Made by a program: the position numbers and the translations under genes. Under the pieces are notes generated by a model. It saw only the letters and a list, made by a program, of their open reading frames with translations. It did not search any database and was not told the DNA's origin. A stretch of 39,562 nt of DNA from Draconibacterium orientale (GTDB lineage Bacteria; Bacteroidota; Bacteroidia; Bacteroidales; UBA12170). The stretch covers positions 1-39,562 of the forward strand of contig DYSK01000002.1 in the NCBI GenBank assembly GCA_020718315.1, written 5' to 3'. The stretch's first letter is position 1. The number at the start of each line of letters is the position of its first letter. This document shows, in pieces, positions 38,326 through 39,562 of the stretch.

Positions 38326-39102
38326 CTAAGGTGCGAGAGAAAGAGTTATCCCAAACCGATATTGCCCAAAAATAGGACTGTCCCAGTTGGTTATATTCCA
38401 TTGGTCGTAAAACAATCCTTCAATTGAGTATTGAGCAATTGGAGATAATACATCAATAAAGGCCGTAATAACTGCAATATCCTCCAATTTGTAATCCACT
38501 CCTACAAGGGCAGTTAAGCCTGTAACAAAACCACTATCGGTGCCGTAGGTTTGCTCTTTGTTTTCGTTAAAATAATTGACTTGCCATTTATACAGACCAT
38601 AAGCAGCGCCCACCCATGGCTGAATTTTTTTTGCACCAAAAATATATTTTCCGCCAAGTCGGAAACCGGTAGTTTGCATATCAAAATGAACATCGGTGGG
38701 CAAGTTATGTACATATAAAATCTGTGGAGCTCCCGGCTCGTCCCAATGTGTAGCCCCTTCGGCAAGCGTCCAGCTCGTTTGAACATCGGATCCTTTACTT
38801 GCAAGAAACATATTGTAGTTGTACATATTAATATCAAAAAAGAGGTTAAAATTTTGCATCATCTTTCTTTGAATTATGACTCCAAAACCGAAGCTGGAGC
38901 CCAAGGGTTCTCCGAAACTGGCATCGGTCAAAGCTGTTGATGGTTGAATACCGGTTTGCAATACAAGATTGAATCCAATAAGGTATTTTTCGTTTTTTAC
39001 GCTCGAGTTGTCGGTAGGCGTGGACAAGGAGCTAACTTCCTGGCCAGAAAGCAGATTGATTGATCCGGCCCAAATTAGAATTATCAGCACAAAGTTTTTC
39101 AT
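38326..39102 (-). CDS. Probable small outer-membrane beta-barrel protein
   Basis: Signal peptide ending SG-Q; alternating amphipathic strands (FGFGVII, GFRLGGKY, PWVGAAYG, VGVDY, YRFGITLSL); TACATTTG box (minus) at 39266..39273. Confidence 0.7.
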   Translation of the reverse strand: MKNFVLIILIWAGSINLLSGQEVSSLSTPTDNSSVKNEKYLIGFNLVLQTGIQPSTALTDASFGEPLGSSFGFGVIIQRKMMQNFNLFFDINMYNYNMFLASKGSDVQTSWTLAEGATHWDEPGAPQILYVHNLPTDVHFDMQTTGFRLGGKYIFGAKKIQPWVGAAYGLYKWQVNYFNENKEQTYGTDSGFVTGLTALVGVDYKLEDIAVITAFIDVLSPIAQYSIEGLFYDQWNITNWDSPIFGQYRFGITLSLAP

Positions 39103-39562
39103 ACGAATGAGATTAAAGTGTTTTACTAATGAATAAAGGAAAAATTATGCGTGAAAGAAACAGATTGTTTATCTGAAAAGCCACTATGTTGTAATCAAAA
39201 ACCCAACTAGAGGTTAGCGTGTTCATTTTTAGAAATTTATACCTAAAACCACATCATAACAATTCCAAATGTACAAATTTTAATTATTGATGATCGAAAA
39301 ACATTCAATATTTGTGATCGATTCAAATTTCTTAGAAAAGGAGACTACGAAAAGTGTAAAAACGAAAAGTTTTAGAGCTCCGATAGGCTATCCATTGCGG
39401 TTTCTCAATTGACTTAAAAAAAATGAAGCGAAAAAGGTCGAAACAAATAATTCCTAAAATGTATTAGGGATTTTTTTGCTCCTCTTCTAGGACTTCCGCC
39501 TAGGCGAATCAGATGCTCAGTAATTTATAAATCGAGGGATTTAATAAAATCTCTGCCTTTTC

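Noticed and set aside
38145-38375. 76-aa ORF downstream of the receiver gene
   Set aside because: TTG start right after a T-run, overlap with the convergent beta-barrel gene, and no motifs.
6298-38940. Numerous 60-200 aa ORFs nested in or antisense to housekeeping genes (e.g. 12497..13072, 22158..22751, 30401..31180)
   Set aside because: They overlap well-supported genes fully and show no recognisable motifs.
39497-39506. GC-rich palindrome CGCCTAGGCG, REP-like
   Set aside because: Single copy in the window; it cannot be called a repeat without a genome-wide search.

Overview
AT-rich chromosomal segment of a Bacteroidota genome, probably Bacteroidales-like (TAnnTTTG -7 promoter boxes, no Shine-Dalgarno signals, typical gene set). 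Most of it is housekeeping: hemH, hflX, trpS, hisS, an omega-amidase/aminotransferase pair, rsmI, tdk, fabH, class II ribonucleotide reductase nrdJ, metF-metH, a flippase, a YfcC transporter and a U32 protein. Two accessory signalling modules flank it. On the left, a LytTR regulator / HisKA_2 kinase / degenerate LytTR regulator triad sits upstream of a small secreted protein and a >1043-aa IPT + 7x FG-GAP + HYR/Ig surface protein that runs off the window and is absent from the ORF track. On the right is a PhnD-like + MASE1 + PAS-PAS-GAF histidine kinase with a stand-alone receiver. The most interesting signals are non-coding. (1) The metH-metF leader carries a SAM-I riboswitch, then an 18-codon uORF ending Met-Arg-Met-Arg-stop, then a long hairpin starting at that stop codon; this looks like a tandem riboswitch plus ribosome-mediated methionine sensor. 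(2) The fabH-nrdJ spacer holds a consensus sigma-54 promoter with no target gene, plus three IHF-consensus sites. (3) A 21-bp-phased TTCGAA array lies upstream of fabH. No rRNA, tRNA, CRISPR array or mobile element was seen. All calls come from reading the sequence by eye; no database searches were run.
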